NCBI GenBank assembly: GCA_963662335.2 | Contig: CAXXVD010000005.1 | Span: 448,001 to 512,000, forward strand | From: Chloroflexota bacterium | GTDB lineage: Bacteria > Chloroflexota > UBA11872 > VXOZ01 | Direction of reading: 5' to 3' | Length of the DNA: 64,000 bases | In this document: one piece after another, positions 18,118 through 27,390 of the stretch | Numbering within the stretch: position 1 is the first letter of the stretch | Layout of the letters: every line of letters begins with the position of its first letter | Program-made: the position numbers and the translations under genes | The notes under the pieces: model-generated | Seen by the model: only the letters and a program-made list of their open reading frames with translations | What the model was told of the DNA's origin: nothing | Databases searched by the model: none

Positions 18118-19135
18118 GCAAGGCAGGAACGGAGAAAGAGCTACCGGTGGATTCACACTGCAAGTGCAACACCTGTTTCAAGAACACTTCGGTTGGCGTT
18201 TGAAAGTCAAGACACTTGCGCGGGGTGTGGTTATAGGCCTGCACCAGTTGCGCAAAGCGGTCTGCGGAGACCGTCGCCAGGTCGGTCTTGCGGGGCAGCA
18301 CCCGCCGCAGGCGCCCGATGGCGTTTTCGACGCCTCCTTTCTGCCAGGGGGCGCGCGTGTCGCAGAAGAAGGTTTGTACGCCCAAGTCGTGGAGGCGGTA
18401 ATGGCGAGCGAACTCGGTGCCGTTGTCGAAAGTGGCGGTCTGCCGCCAGTCCGGCGGAACCAGCGCCAGCAGGTCGCGCATGGCGCTGGCGATCGGCTCT
18501 GCGGCCTTGCCGTTGGTGCGGGTGGCCAGCAGCAGGCGCGAATGGCGCTCGTGCAGGGTCAAGACCGCTTGACCGCCTCTGCCAAAGAGCATCAGGTCTA
18601 CCTCCCAGTGACCGGGTGTTTGCCGGTCCGCCGCCGCCGCGGGGCGCTCTGCCAAGGGCCGCCGGTGCGCGATGAACGAGGCCGGACTGCGTCTGCTGCG
18701 CTTGCGCCGCCGCCGCGCCGTCCGCCCCTGGGGCAGCAGGTCTGCCCACGAGTAGTCCTTGGTGCGCGCAATCTGCCCGTAGATGAAGCGATAGATGCTC
18801 TCGTGAGAGATCACCGGCGCGCACCTGTCATGCGCCAAGCGCCCCGACACTTCCTCCGGCGACCACCCCAATGCCAAGCGCTCCAGCACATCCTCCCGCA
18901 ATTCCGCGTCTCGCTCCAGCCGCATGCCGCGACAGCGACGTGCTTCGGCCTGCTCCTGCGCATACTCCGCTTGATACCCTGCTTGCCGCGAACTGTTGCG
19001 TTTTACCTCCCGCGAAATCGTCGACGGCGAGCGACCAAGAGCTGTAGCGATTTTGGCTTGCGTGAGTCTCGCGGCCTGAAGTCCGGCCAACTGACACCGC
19101 TCTGCATACGTGAATTGTGTGTATGATCTTCCCAT
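17963..19135 (-). CDS. IS30-family DDE transposase (reading frame runs past the IS end)
   Basis: HTH LGRSPSTISREVKRN, SHESIY, GHWEVD, TFDNGTEF, PWQKGGVEN, NHTPRKCL. Confidence 0.93.
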   Translation of the reverse strand: MGRSYTQFTYAERCQLAGLQAARLTQAKIATALGRSPSTISREVKRNSSRQAGYQAEYAQEQAEARRCRGMRLERDAELREDVLERLALGWSPEEVSGRLAHDRCAPVISHESIYRFIYGQIARTKDYSWADLLPQGRTARRRRKRSRRSPASFIAHRRPLAERPAAAADRQTPGHWEVDLMLFGRGGQAVLTLHERHSRLLLATRTNGKAAEPIASAMRDLLALVPPDWRQTATFDNGTEFARHYRLHDLGVQTFFCDTRAPWQKGGVENAIGRLRRVLPRKTDLATVSADRFAQLVQAYNHTPRKCLDFQTPTEVFLKQVLHLQCESTGSSFSVPALLSRLLRRPARARGLPLPGLPMWPNAGRPGRGRGAYSFHCHRGCSPPARAAF

Positions 19136-19179
19136 GGCAACACCTTAGCATGATGTTGCACTTCACCTGTGAGTCTACC
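18146..19179 (-). mobile_element. IS30-family insertion sequence, 1034 bp
   Basis: 26-bp imperfect TIRs GGTGGATTCACACTGCAAGTGCAACA (18146-18171) and TGTTGCACTTCACCTGTGAGTCTACC (19154-19179), 20/26 match; 3-bp duplication ACC at 18143-18145 and 19180-19182. Confidence 0.93.
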
Positions 19180-19237
19180 ACCCTCTTGTGGCAGGACTGC
19201 CGCGAAACGATCAAGTGAACGAAAGGAGTTACCAGCA

Positions 19238-19906
19238 ATGGAACAAGCGTCTCAGTCTGAGGAGAAGATTTGGTCGCCAAGAATCTGTGAGTCGAAAATT
19301 CGAAAGGTCGGGTGCGAACCGTTTCACGTGGGCGACAAGAATGTCGAATTCACTATCCGCGACTACTGGCGCTGGGCACACTCCGACTTGTTGGATAACA
19401 CCGCACGAGGCGTTCTAGCTGAGTTCCTGGTCGCCTATGCGCTCAGGCAAACGAATAAGCTTCGTCGTGAGTGGGGCGCGTTCGACCTCAGAACCAAGAG
19501 CGGACATAGAGTAGAGATAAAGAGCGCAGCCTACGCCCAGAGTTGGCCACAGCGCAAGCCGTCAAAGATCAACTTCGATATCGCTCCTCGATCGGAAATG
19601 TGGGATCCAGAGACGAACACTTACTGCCAATTCTGCACACCCAAGCGTGTCGCGGACGTCTATGTCTTCTGCCTACTCGGCCAGTGCGACGGCCCCTATC
19701 CAGACCCCATGGACATAAGACAGTGGAAGTTTTACGTGCTCGCCAAGGAGGCATTGGACAAGAAGTCCATGAGTCAAAAGAAGATTGCTCTCAATCCGCT
19801 CAAGGCACTCGTGCGACGGCCGACAAAAGGGGGCGCGACCACGTTCGATGAGTTAGCGTGCGTCATCGAGGACGTGTCAAACGAAATATCGCCAACCAAG
19901 CCCTAG
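19238..19906 (+). CDS. Hypothetical protein, putative PD-(D/E)xK nuclease fold
   Basis: RGVLAEFLV...FDLRTKSGHRVEIKS fits E...D-x(8-10)-ExK; AGGAG RBS; visibly lower GC than neighbours. Confidence 0.62.
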   Translation: MEQASQSEEKIWSPRICESKIRKVGCEPFHVGDKNVEFTIRDYWRWAHSDLLDNTARGVLAEFLVAYALRQTNKLRREWGAFDLRTKSGHRVEIKSAAYAQSWPQRKPSKINFDIAPRSEMWDPETNTYCQFCTPKRVADVYVFCLLGQCDGPYPDPMDIRQWKFYVLAKEALDKKSMSQKKIALNPLKALVRRPTKGGATTFDELACVIEDVSNEISPTKP

Positions 19907-20091
19907 GCCTTGGTTGACCGTCAAGTTCGCTTGCAACCTTTCGCACGGCCACAGACACCCGCTGAAGAGAGGGTGTAGAGAGGGTGCAGTAACTGACAAT
20001 ACCAAGCGATTCCAAGAGTCAGCCAGATATTTGGTGCAACTACATTTGCATCCCTATACCGCACTTGAGCTGAAACACCTTATGCCAGTAA

Positions 20092-20124
20092 CCGTTCATC
20101 CTTCGACAGGCTCAGGACGAACGG
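20092..20124 (+). repeat. REP-like element (CCGTTC..CCTTCGACAGGCTCAGG.CGAACGG family)
   Basis: Same core at 35291-35378, 41873-42050, 43511-43638, 57431-57455 and 59138-59240. Confidence 0.85.
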
Positions 20125-20145
20125 CTACTGGCTCACCTCACGTTC

Positions 20146-20475
20146 TTACTTCCACTCGTCGTCCGACGGCCAGATATTGGAACTCCCCGCGCCCGCGCCG
20201 GCTCCCGGCGGCCGCTCCTCCATCCAGTCCTTGACCGTATCCCGCCACGTGATGAAGTGGGGCGTCTGCAGGTGCGCCTGGAACGCCGCCTCGTCCACGT
20301 AGACCTCGTAGAGCCAGATGCGGTTCGGGTCGCCGCCGTCCTGGACCACGTCGAACCGCAGGCAACCGGGCTCGTCGTTCACCGAGCCCTTCGCGTCACC
20401 CAGCATCGCCTCGATGAAGGCGTCCTTGTAGCCTTCCTTGATCTGTATCGGCGCGACGATGATGTACATGCTCAT
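20146..20475 (-). CDS. Putative quinol monooxygenase (ABM/LsrG-like)
   Basis: EPGCLRFDV, LYEVY, AHLQTPHF motifs. Confidence 0.9.
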   Translation of the reverse strand: MSMYIIVAPIQIKEGYKDAFIEAMLGDAKGSVNDEPGCLRFDVVQDGGDPNRIWLYEVYVDEAAFQAHLQTPHFITWRDTVKDWMEERPPGAGAGAGSSNIWPSDDEWK

Positions 20476-20580
20476 GCCTCCTTATGTAATCTACTCGCTT
20501 GGTCCCGCTGGCCGCAACTACGCCCATGATACCGCTTGCCGCGTGCCGCGTTCAAAGGCGAGTGGATTGCGGCCAAGTCT

Positions 20581-20609
20581 TTGACAACCGGCGTTTGCCG
20601 TACTAGAGT
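20581..20609 (+). promoter_or_regulatory. Sigma70-type promoter
   Basis: TTGACA-17 nt-TAGAGT upstream of the gene at 20728. Confidence 0.6.
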
Positions 20610-20727
20610 CATAGCAATTCCGCTTTACGTCCAAAGCAACCTAACAGCCAACGCTTGCGCGCAGGACAAGAGACTTAGTTTTGCCAGCCACGCCATTCTA
20701 CGGCACTAGAGGAGGTCACGATTCACC

Positions 20728-22110
20728 ATGATACGACTCACCGACGAGCAGATGCGCGACTTCATCCGCAACGGGTACGTCGCGGTCAAGACCGGGCATC
20801 CCCGTGAGTTCCATCAGGATGTCTGGAACCAGACGGAGGCCCTCTTCGAGGAGGACGGCAATCCCGGCAACAACCTGATGGCCAGGATTCCCGCCATCCG
20901 CCAGATCCTCGACGATCCGGCCGTGGACGGCGCGCTGGCCGGCGTGCTGGGCAACAATTACTTCGTTCACCCGCACCGCCACTGCCATTACCGGCCGCCC
21001 CACAGCGAGGGGCAGCAGATACACCGGGATTCCTTCACCCGGCGGCGGCACCGCACCCGCTGGCTCTTGGCGATGTACTATCCCCAAGATACGACGGTCG
21101 AGATGGGCCCCACCGGTGTGCTGCCGGGCACGCACTACTACAACTGGCTGGTAGGCCCGATCGGCTGCAACATGCGGCTGGACACCACCGAGGGCGAGGT
21201 GCCGGTGGTGGTGGAGGCCGGCACGGTATTGATGGTGCACTACGACCTCTGGCACCGGGGCATGGGCAACACCACCGGCAAGAAGCGCTACATGATGAAG
21301 TTCATGTTCGCCCGCATCGAAGAGCCGCGGGAACCGAGTTGGGATAGCCAGGACAGCGCGTGGGCCGACGATGACGAGAGCGCGCTCAACGGCGTCTGGA
21401 GCCACACGTGGCGCTGGTACACGGGCGCGGCCAACAACGGCGCGCCGTCCGCCAACGGCAACGGCTCCATACCGGAGTTGATCGCCAACATCAAGGTGGA
21501 CGACGAGACTACCTGCCTGGCGTCCGCCTACCAATTGGGCTCGCTGGGCGAGGCGGCCATTCCCGCGTTGATCGACACGCTCCAGCACGAAAACGAAGCC
21601 GTGCGCCGCAACGCCAGTTACGCCCTCAGCACTATTGGCGCCGCCGCCGTGCCCGCCTTGCTGGACGCCAGCCGGGACGCAAACGAGGGGACGCGCAGCA
21701 TGGCGGTGGAGACTCTGGCCGACCTCGGCTTTCTCGGCAATGAGGTCATGCCGTATCTCCGCGTGGCGCTGGAGGATGACTCGATCGAGGTGCGCCGCCA
21801 CGTCGTGGACGCGCTCGGCATCTGCCTGCAGCATTCCGACAATGGCGTGCCGGCCCTGATCGATGCGCTTAGCGATGAGGATGAGTTCATGCGGCGCGGC
21901 GCGGCCCTGGCGCTCTCACGCATTGGCGCGCCGGCGGCGGAAGCCACACCCGCCCTGGCCCATGCCCTAAACGACGAGAACCGCTACGTGCGCGGCAAGG
22001 CCGTCCACGCGCTCCAGCGCATCGGCACGCCGGAGGCCCAGGACGCCCTGGTGCACTTCCTGCTGACCTCCCAGTGGTGCTATTCCACCAACAAGGACAG
22101 CCTGTACTAG
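20728..22110 (+). CDS. Phytanoyl-CoA dioxygenase-like (PhyH) domain fused to HEAT/PBS-lyase repeats
   Basis: QMRDFIRNGYV, IHRD and HYDLWHRG (HxD...H); C-half repeats of the type AIPALIDTLQHENEAVRRNASYALSTIG. Confidence 0.88.
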   Translation: MIRLTDEQMRDFIRNGYVAVKTGHPREFHQDVWNQTEALFEEDGNPGNNLMARIPAIRQILDDPAVDGALAGVLGNNYFVHPHRHCHYRPPHSEGQQIHRDSFTRRRHRTRWLLAMYYPQDTTVEMGPTGVLPGTHYYNWLVGPIGCNMRLDTTEGEVPVVVEAGTVLMVHYDLWHRGMGNTTGKKRYMMKFMFARIEEPREPSWDSQDSAWADDDESALNGVWSHTWRWYTGAANNGAPSANGNGSIPELIANIKVDDETTCLASAYQLGSLGEAAIPALIDTLQHENEAVRRNASYALSTIGAAAVPALLDASRDANEGTRSMAVETLADLGFLGNEVMPYLRVALEDDSIEVRRHVVDALGICLQHSDNGVPALIDALSDEDEFMRRGAALALSRIGAPAAEATPALAHALNDENRYVRGKAVHALQRIGTPEAQDALVHFLLTSQWCYSTNKDSLY

Positions 22111-22157
22111 GCGCTGGACCGTACCGCCGGTATGGTCCCCAATGATGGTTCACTAAT

Positions 22158-22211
22158 GTAGCGCGGGGGCTTGTCCTCCGCCGCGCGGCGGAGGACAAGC
22201 CCCCGCGCTAC
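22158..22211. repeat. Inverted doublet of GTAGCGCGGGGGCTTGTCC REP-like element
   Basis: GTAGCGCGGGGGCTTGTCCTCCGCCG..CGGCGGAGGACAAGCCCCCGCGCTAC between convergent genes. Confidence 0.9.
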
Positions 22212-22266
22212 GGCCTTTCAGCAGCGCCTTCGATTCCCTCTCCCTGGCTGACAGGGGTAGGCACTT

Positions 22267-22358
22267 GTCATTCCGAGCGGAGCGAGGAATCTAAAGATGC
22301 TAGATTTGCATGGCGGTGCTCTAGATTCCTCTCTCCGCTGCGCTCCGTTCGGAATGAC
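22267..22358. repeat. GTCATTCCGAGCG.AGCGAGGAATCT inverted doublet
   Basis: Six doublets of this family in the window (22267, 27214, 45033, 50691, 52247, 59436). Confidence 0.9.
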
Positions 22359-22446
22359 GAGTGAAGTCCGCTATTGAATGCATACCCACTTCAGTTCTCC
22401 CTTTGGGAGAGAGTTCGGGTGAGGGAAGACGCGGCGCCCGCAGCGC

Positions 22447-22881
22447 CTACGAACGGCCGCCCTCCTGCCAGAAGCGCCGTCCGATTAAGAGCGTAAGCAC
22501 CACCAAGAGCGCGTCCACGATGGGAAAATAGATGACGTGGGACGTAACCGCGTCGCCGGTTTCGCTTTCGATGTTGAGGCTCCAGAACCACTCCCAATAG
22601 AAGAGCATCGCCAGGACGATTGAGCCGTAGAAGGCAAGGCTCACGCGCAGATGCTCGATGGTGTTAGAGTCGCCCGCCTCCCGCGCGGCATGGTCGCGCC
22701 GCATCAGTAAACCCTTCACCAGCATGATCAGCGTAGCCAACGCCATGGGGTAATTGAGGACTCTCCATACCGGATAGTCCAGAGACCCGTCGTGGTAGAG
22801 CGGCGTCGCAATCAGGTTGGCCCATGCCAGGAACCCGACGGCCATGAGAAAGACGGCCAAGACCCGATGCGCCAGTGCCAT
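22447..22881 (-). CDS. Hypothetical 4-TM membrane protein
   Basis: Four hydrophobic segments; AGGAGG RBS upstream. Confidence 0.75.
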   Translation of the reverse strand: MALAHRVLAVFLMAVGFLAWANLIATPLYHDGSLDYPVWRVLNYPMALATLIMLVKGLLMRRDHAAREAGDSNTIEHLRVSLAFYGSIVLAMLFYWEWFWSLNIESETGDAVTSHVIYFPIVDALLVVLTLLIGRRFWQEGGRS

Positions 22882-22929
22882 TGTGCTTTTCCTCCTAGCT
22901 GGGCTGCCGCCGGATATTCCAGCGTCTCT

Positions 22930-24321
22930 CTAAACGGCCACCCCGCTTGCCAGACGCACTTCGCTCTCCAGGAACAGCGTGCCCTGCTGCCGCTGCCGCG
23001 CGGAGAGTTGGCCCCGCGGATCGCAGACCACCACCAGGCGCTCCGTGCCTTCGGGTATGCGGACGAGCACGTCGCACGCCGCCTGCTCGCGCCCGATCAC
23101 CGTGGGAACCAGCGCGTGGCCGATTTGCACGCCGCCGCCCGCGTCCAACGGCCCATCGAAGACCATCACCGCCACGTCGTGGGCGTCCGCCACGCCCCGG
23201 TTAGCCAGCGTCACCCGCGCGCGTCCAAGTCCCCGGTCTAATTCCGATATTTCAACATCAGCGATCTCCAGGTCGCACTCCACCCGTGCCACGGAGACGG
23301 CGGCGTGAGCGTCGATGAGGCCGTGGCCGAGAAACGGATTCCAGCCCGCGCCGCCCGGCTGATGGGCCGTATTGCGCAGCGCCATGCGCACCTCATCCGC
23401 GGTCAAGCCCGGCTGCCGCGACCACACGAGCGCCGCCAGGCCGGACACGTGTGGTATCGCCATGCAGCCGCCGGACCACTCCGCGTAGCCGCCGTGCTCG
23501 GCTGAAATCGTGCTCAGCACGCCATATTCGGCTTGGGGGTGCTCCCCGAGCGCCGCCGCCATCACGCGCTCCTCCGCCAAAGGCAGGATGCGCCGGGAAG
23601 GATCATTGGCGAGGTCGTAGTCGCGCCAGCCGGACGGCGCCGCCACTTCAGTCAAGTCGCCGTAGTCGCTGAAGTCGGCCATGCGCCCGCTCCTGTCGGC
23701 GGAGGCCACGTTGACCACGCCCGGACAGAGCGCCGGGTACTTGGCCACGTTGTGGGCCTGGTTGCCGCCGGTGGCGTTAACGATTAGCACGTTGTGCCGC
23801 TGGGCATAGCGACACGCCTCCGGCAGGTCTTCCGCATCCGGCGGCGTCCAGGCGCTGTAGAGCGTGGGCAGGCCATGCTTGATGGTGTACATGTAGCCCA
23901 CGTCGCTCAGGTTGATCACCCGCGCGCCCTCGTCCACCGCAAAGCGGATTGCCCGCGCCAGTTCCCGGTCGTCGTAGGTGTTCGCGCGCACCGGCAGGAT
24001 GCGGCACTCCGGCGCGACGCCGGCAATGCCGATGCCGTTGTCCGCCCGCGCCGCAATGATGCCGCAGACGTGCGTGCCGTGGTCGGTGGAGTCCTTGTGC
24101 GTGCGGGGCCGCGACGTGTCGTCGAGCGTATCGTCATCGTCCCACAGGTCCCAGCCCGGCAGAAACTGTCCCGCCAGGTCCGGGTGCCCCACGTCGATGC
24201 CCTTCTCGATGACGGCCACCACCACGTCGGGACTGCCGCGCGTAATCTCCCAGGCCTGGGGCGCATCGATGAGGTGTAGCCCCCACTGCTGTTCAAATAG
24301 GGGGTCATTCACAGGCGTCAT
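22930..24321 (-). CDS. S8/subtilase-family protein with non-canonical Glu-His-Cys triad and C-terminal CARDB-like Ig domain
   Basis: PVNDPLFEQQW, VAVIEKGID, DHGTHVCGIIAA, GIAGVAP, VINLS, WSGGCMAIPHVSGLAAL, GHGLIDA; C-terminal DLEI...VTLANRG...VVCDP. Alternative start 24339. Confidence 0.9.
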   Translation of the reverse strand: MTPVNDPLFEQQWGLHLIDAPQAWEITRGSPDVVVAVIEKGIDVGHPDLAGQFLPGWDLWDDDDTLDDTSRPRTHKDSTDHGTHVCGIIAARADNGIGIAGVAPECRILPVRANTYDDRELARAIRFAVDEGARVINLSDVGYMYTIKHGLPTLYSAWTPPDAEDLPEACRYAQRHNVLIVNATGGNQAHNVAKYPALCPGVVNVASADRSGRMADFSDYGDLTEVAAPSGWRDYDLANDPSRRILPLAEERVMAAALGEHPQAEYGVLSTISAEHGGYAEWSGGCMAIPHVSGLAALVWSRQPGLTADEVRMALRNTAHQPGGAGWNPFLGHGLIDAHAAVSVARVECDLEIADVEISELDRGLGRARVTLANRGVADAHDVAVMVFDGPLDAGGGVQIGHALVPTVIGREQAACDVLVRIPEGTERLVVVCDPRGQLSARQRQQGTLFLESEVRLASGVAV

Positions 24322-24458
24322 GGCGGTATTCCTCTTCATTTGCAGGCGACGGCTTCTCTTCCAGCGAATCTCGCTGGCCTCGCAAGGCTAGGCGTGCCCT
24401 CACTATGGCCTGTGCAAGAGAGCGCGTCAATCCACGCACTCGAGTCTCGTGGCTCCAC

Positions 24459-24486
24459 TTGACGGCAGCGTTCCGCATAGTACACT
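24459..24486 (+). promoter_or_regulatory. Sigma70-type promoter for SBP gene
   Basis: TTGACG-16 nt-TACACT. Confidence 0.5.
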
Positions 24487-24650
24487 ATCTGTGTGAGAAA
24501 CGGCGTTCCGCAGAGCGCCACCTCTGCACGCAGCGGAAGGAGGGGCAACGCAGACGGATTTGGCAAATCTGCACTTCGGCACGCCGCGCGGTTCGCGTTG
24601 GCTTGGATGTGCCGGAACGATGAATCCTAATCACACGAGGGGGATACGCA

Positions 24651-26096
24651 ATGCCATTTACTCGTAATCGCATGACGCGACGCCACATGCTGGCGGGTAC
24701 CGGCGGGGTGCTGGGCGCGCTCGCGCTGGCGGCCTGCGGCACGGCCATGCCGACGGGAGACGGCGACGCGCCGGCGGCGGAGGAAGAAGCGGCGCCCAAG
24801 GCCGAAGAACAGAAACCCATGGAGAAGGTCACGGTTTCCGTTAGGTGGATCTCCAACGACCTTACCCTGGTTGAGCCTTTCTACGAGAATCTCGTTGTGG
24901 CGCGATTCTACGAGAACTACGACAACATCGAGCTTGACTGGGTGGGCGACACCTACCGCGACACCATGAGCCAACTCAATACCCAGTTGGCCGCCGGGGA
25001 CGCGCCCGATGTCTTCCACAACGACGGTGTCTTCTTTGCGCGCAACCGCGACGTGGGCTACATTCGCTCGCTGACCGAGTACACCAAGCGCGACGGCGCT
25101 CAGCTTGAGGGCATCCGCGGCCCCGAGTTCTTCAGCGATGAGAAGCAGGACGTGTATGGCGTCTCCATGGGTGTTGGTTGCGCGGCGTTCGCCTACAACA
25201 CCGACATCTTCGACCGCTACGGCATCAACCGATTGCCGGCTGAAGGCATTGATTGGAACCCGGGCGACGGCGGCACGTTGCTGGAAATCGCTTCCGACAT
25301 TACCGCCAAGGGTCAGAACGAAGATCCCAGGATCTGGGGATGGTTCAATAACAAGCAGGCCACGTTCGACATCCTCGGCATGCTGCTCCAAAACGGCACA
25401 AATTTCCTTTCCGATGACTATCGCCGTTCGAGAGCGCACGAGGCAGAGTTCATTGACGTTATCCAGTTCCTGTGGGACTTGGAGTTCAAACATCGGGTCG
25501 CGCCAGATCCCGATGAACGCGCTGAGTTCAACGCTTCGATTCCTGAGGGCACGACGTATCATGGCCCGTTCGCCTGGCAGCGGTCAGCCATGATGAACCT
25601 CGGCCTCGGCCAGTCCGGCTCCTGGGGTTCGCCGGAACCGGAAAAACTGCCCATCGTCGCGGTACAGTACATCCAAGGTCCGGCGAACAACAAGGTGCCG
25701 GGCGGCGGACGCGTGGTCGAGATGTGGGGCAGCACCGAGGTGCCCGACGAGGCCTGGGAAGTCATGAAGTTCCCCTTGGTCGACCATGAGATTCAGGTGG
25801 GGGTCTTCTCTATCCTCCGCGACGGCTTGCCGGCCAACACCAACACGTGGGACGATGCGCGGTTGCTCGAGAAGAGCGGCCGTCCGCCGCGCGAGGTGGA
25901 AGCCTACATGGCCCCGCTCAAGGAAGGCCGCGGCCAGTACTGGCAGGTCAACGGCGTGTGGCTTGAGTGGTGGCGCGCGTTCCGTGGCAACATGAACCGC
26001 GCGTGGGCACTAGAGGTCACCGTCGAGGAAGCCATGCAGCAAGCAAGCAAAGAGTCTCAGGCTGTGCTGGACGAGTACTACGCCAGCCAGGACTAA
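24651..26096 (+). CDS. Extracellular solute-binding protein (ABC, carbohydrate family), Tat lipoprotein
   Basis: TRRHML, LAACG lipobox, LAAGDAPDVF, AYNTDIF. Confidence 0.9.
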   Translation: MPFTRNRMTRRHMLAGTGGVLGALALAACGTAMPTGDGDAPAAEEEAAPKAEEQKPMEKVTVSVRWISNDLTLVEPFYENLVVARFYENYDNIELDWVGDTYRDTMSQLNTQLAAGDAPDVFHNDGVFFARNRDVGYIRSLTEYTKRDGAQLEGIRGPEFFSDEKQDVYGVSMGVGCAAFAYNTDIFDRYGINRLPAEGIDWNPGDGGTLLEIASDITAKGQNEDPRIWGWFNNKQATFDILGMLLQNGTNFLSDDYRRSRAHEAEFIDVIQFLWDLEFKHRVAPDPDERAEFNASIPEGTTYHGPFAWQRSAMMNLGLGQSGSWGSPEPEKLPIVAVQYIQGPANNKVPGGGRVVEMWGSTEVPDEAWEVMKFPLVDHEIQVGVFSILRDGLPANTNTWDDARLLEKSGRPPREVEAYMAPLKEGRGQYWQVNGVWLEWWRAFRGNMNRAWALEVTVEEAMQQASKESQAVLDEYYASQD

Positions 26097-26119
26097 GTTC
26101 CTGCTCGATTTGGCAAGTG

Positions 26120-26149
26120 AACGAGGAGGGTCGTACGACCCTCCTCGTT
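26120..26149. terminator. 30-bp perfect palindrome after SBP gene
   Basis: AACGAGGAGGGTCGTACGACCCTCCTCGTT. Confidence 0.65.
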
Positions 26150-26184
26150 GCGTTTAGTGCGCCTGTCAGACCTGCAAACGCTTA

Positions 26185-26260
26185 TCCGTCATTCCCGCGC
26201 ACGCGGGAATCCATCTTCGCCCCCCAGCCGGTGGACTCCCGCGTGCGCAGGAATGACGGA
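26185..26260. repeat. CGTC-type REP-like doublet (CCGTCATTCCCGCG...GGGAATCCA)
   Basis: Inverted pair; related doublet at 43372-43447. Confidence 0.85.
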
Positions 26261-26374
26261 GGCTGCCGCGCTATCTTCAGAGCAATGGCGGAGTCCCCAA
26301 GCGCCCGTCCGCGCGCAAAGCTGATACCATAGCAAGTAGCGGCATCAGACTACAGCGAGAGGCCCGGCAGCAGC

Positions 26375-27088
26375 GTGACGCCAATCCTTACCGCCCTGAT
26401 CGCCCTTGGCGCCGGCGTCGCCTCATTTCTCTCGCCCTGCGTCCTGCCGCTGGTGCCGGCCTACGTCGGCCACCTGGCGGGCACAAGCGTATCCGAAGAG
26501 CGGGACACCCAGGCGACGCTGCGCACGGTGGCCCACGCCGCCTGCTTCGTGCTGGGGTTTTCCGCCGTCTTCGTGCTGCTGTGGACGTCCGTCGGCCTGG
26601 TCGGCTATGCGATACAGGGGTACACCTTCTACCTGCGCTACGTTGGCGGCGTCATCCTCGTCATCCTGGGCCTCCACGTTGCCGGCATTCTGCGGCTGCG
26701 CTGGCTGAACCAGGAGCGGCGCATCTACGTCGATCGCGGCCGCCCGCGCAACTTCCTCACCTCGTGGCTCGTGGGCGTCACCTTTGCCGCCGGCTGGACG
26801 CCCTGCATCGGGCCCATCTTGGGCGGCATCATCGCGCTTGCCGGGACGCGCGAGACCTTAGGCGAGGGCTCGCTGCTCCTGGCGCTCTACTCGGCCGGCC
26901 TCGGCATCCCGTTCTTGCTCACGGCAATCGGCCTGTCGCGCGCGGTCCCACTCCTGCGCTGGCTAAACCGCCACGCCCACACGGTCGAGGTGGCCAGCGG
27001 CGGCCTGCTCATCGTCATCGGCGTGATGATGTTCATGAATACCTTCGCCCAACTGGCGCGCTACTTCACCTGGATTCCGGTCTTCTAG
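26375..27088 (+). CDS. ccdA: Cytochrome c biogenesis thiol-disulfide transporter CcdA
   Basis: SFLSPCVLPLVPAY and GWTPCIGPILG motifs. Confidence 0.92.
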   Translation: MTPILTALIALGAGVASFLSPCVLPLVPAYVGHLAGTSVSEERDTQATLRTVAHAACFVLGFSAVFVLLWTSVGLVGYAIQGYTFYLRYVGGVILVILGLHVAGILRLRWLNQERRIYVDRGRPRNFLTSWLVGVTFAAGWTPCIGPILGGIIALAGTRETLGEGSLLLALYSAGLGIPFLLTAIGLSRAVPLLRWLNRHAHTVEVASGGLLIVIGVMMFMNTFAQLARYFTWIPVF

Positions 27089-27213
27089 CGGGACGCAATT
27101 GGGCATGCCCCACTCCGGTAGCGCAGGTTTGCAACCTGCGTCCATCGCGGAAGGAGATGACCCAGGCTTGCTAGCATCGCAGTGCGGAGTTCCCTGTCAT
27201 TGCTACCCTACCT

Positions 27214-27281
27214 GTCATTCCGAGCGCAGCGAGGAATCTAGGGTACAGGCGCCGTAGATTCCTCGCTGCGCTCGGAATGAC
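27214..27281. repeat. GTCATTCCGAGCGCAGCGAGGAATCT inverted doublet
   Basis: Perfectly paired arms. Confidence 0.9.
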
Positions 27282-27327
27282 AATTGGGCGCTCGGAAAGA
27301 CAGCCGGTAAAACACTACCACCAAAAG

Positions 27328-27360
27328 AAAAACGCGGGACAACGATGTGTCCCACGTTTT
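27328..27360. terminator. Probable bidirectional intrinsic terminator
   Basis: AAAAACGCGGGACA...TGTCCCACGTTTT between convergent ccdA and the oxidoreductase gene. Confidence 0.6.
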
Positions 27361-27390
27361 CCCATTAAGCCCGCATTCTACACGCCGGGG

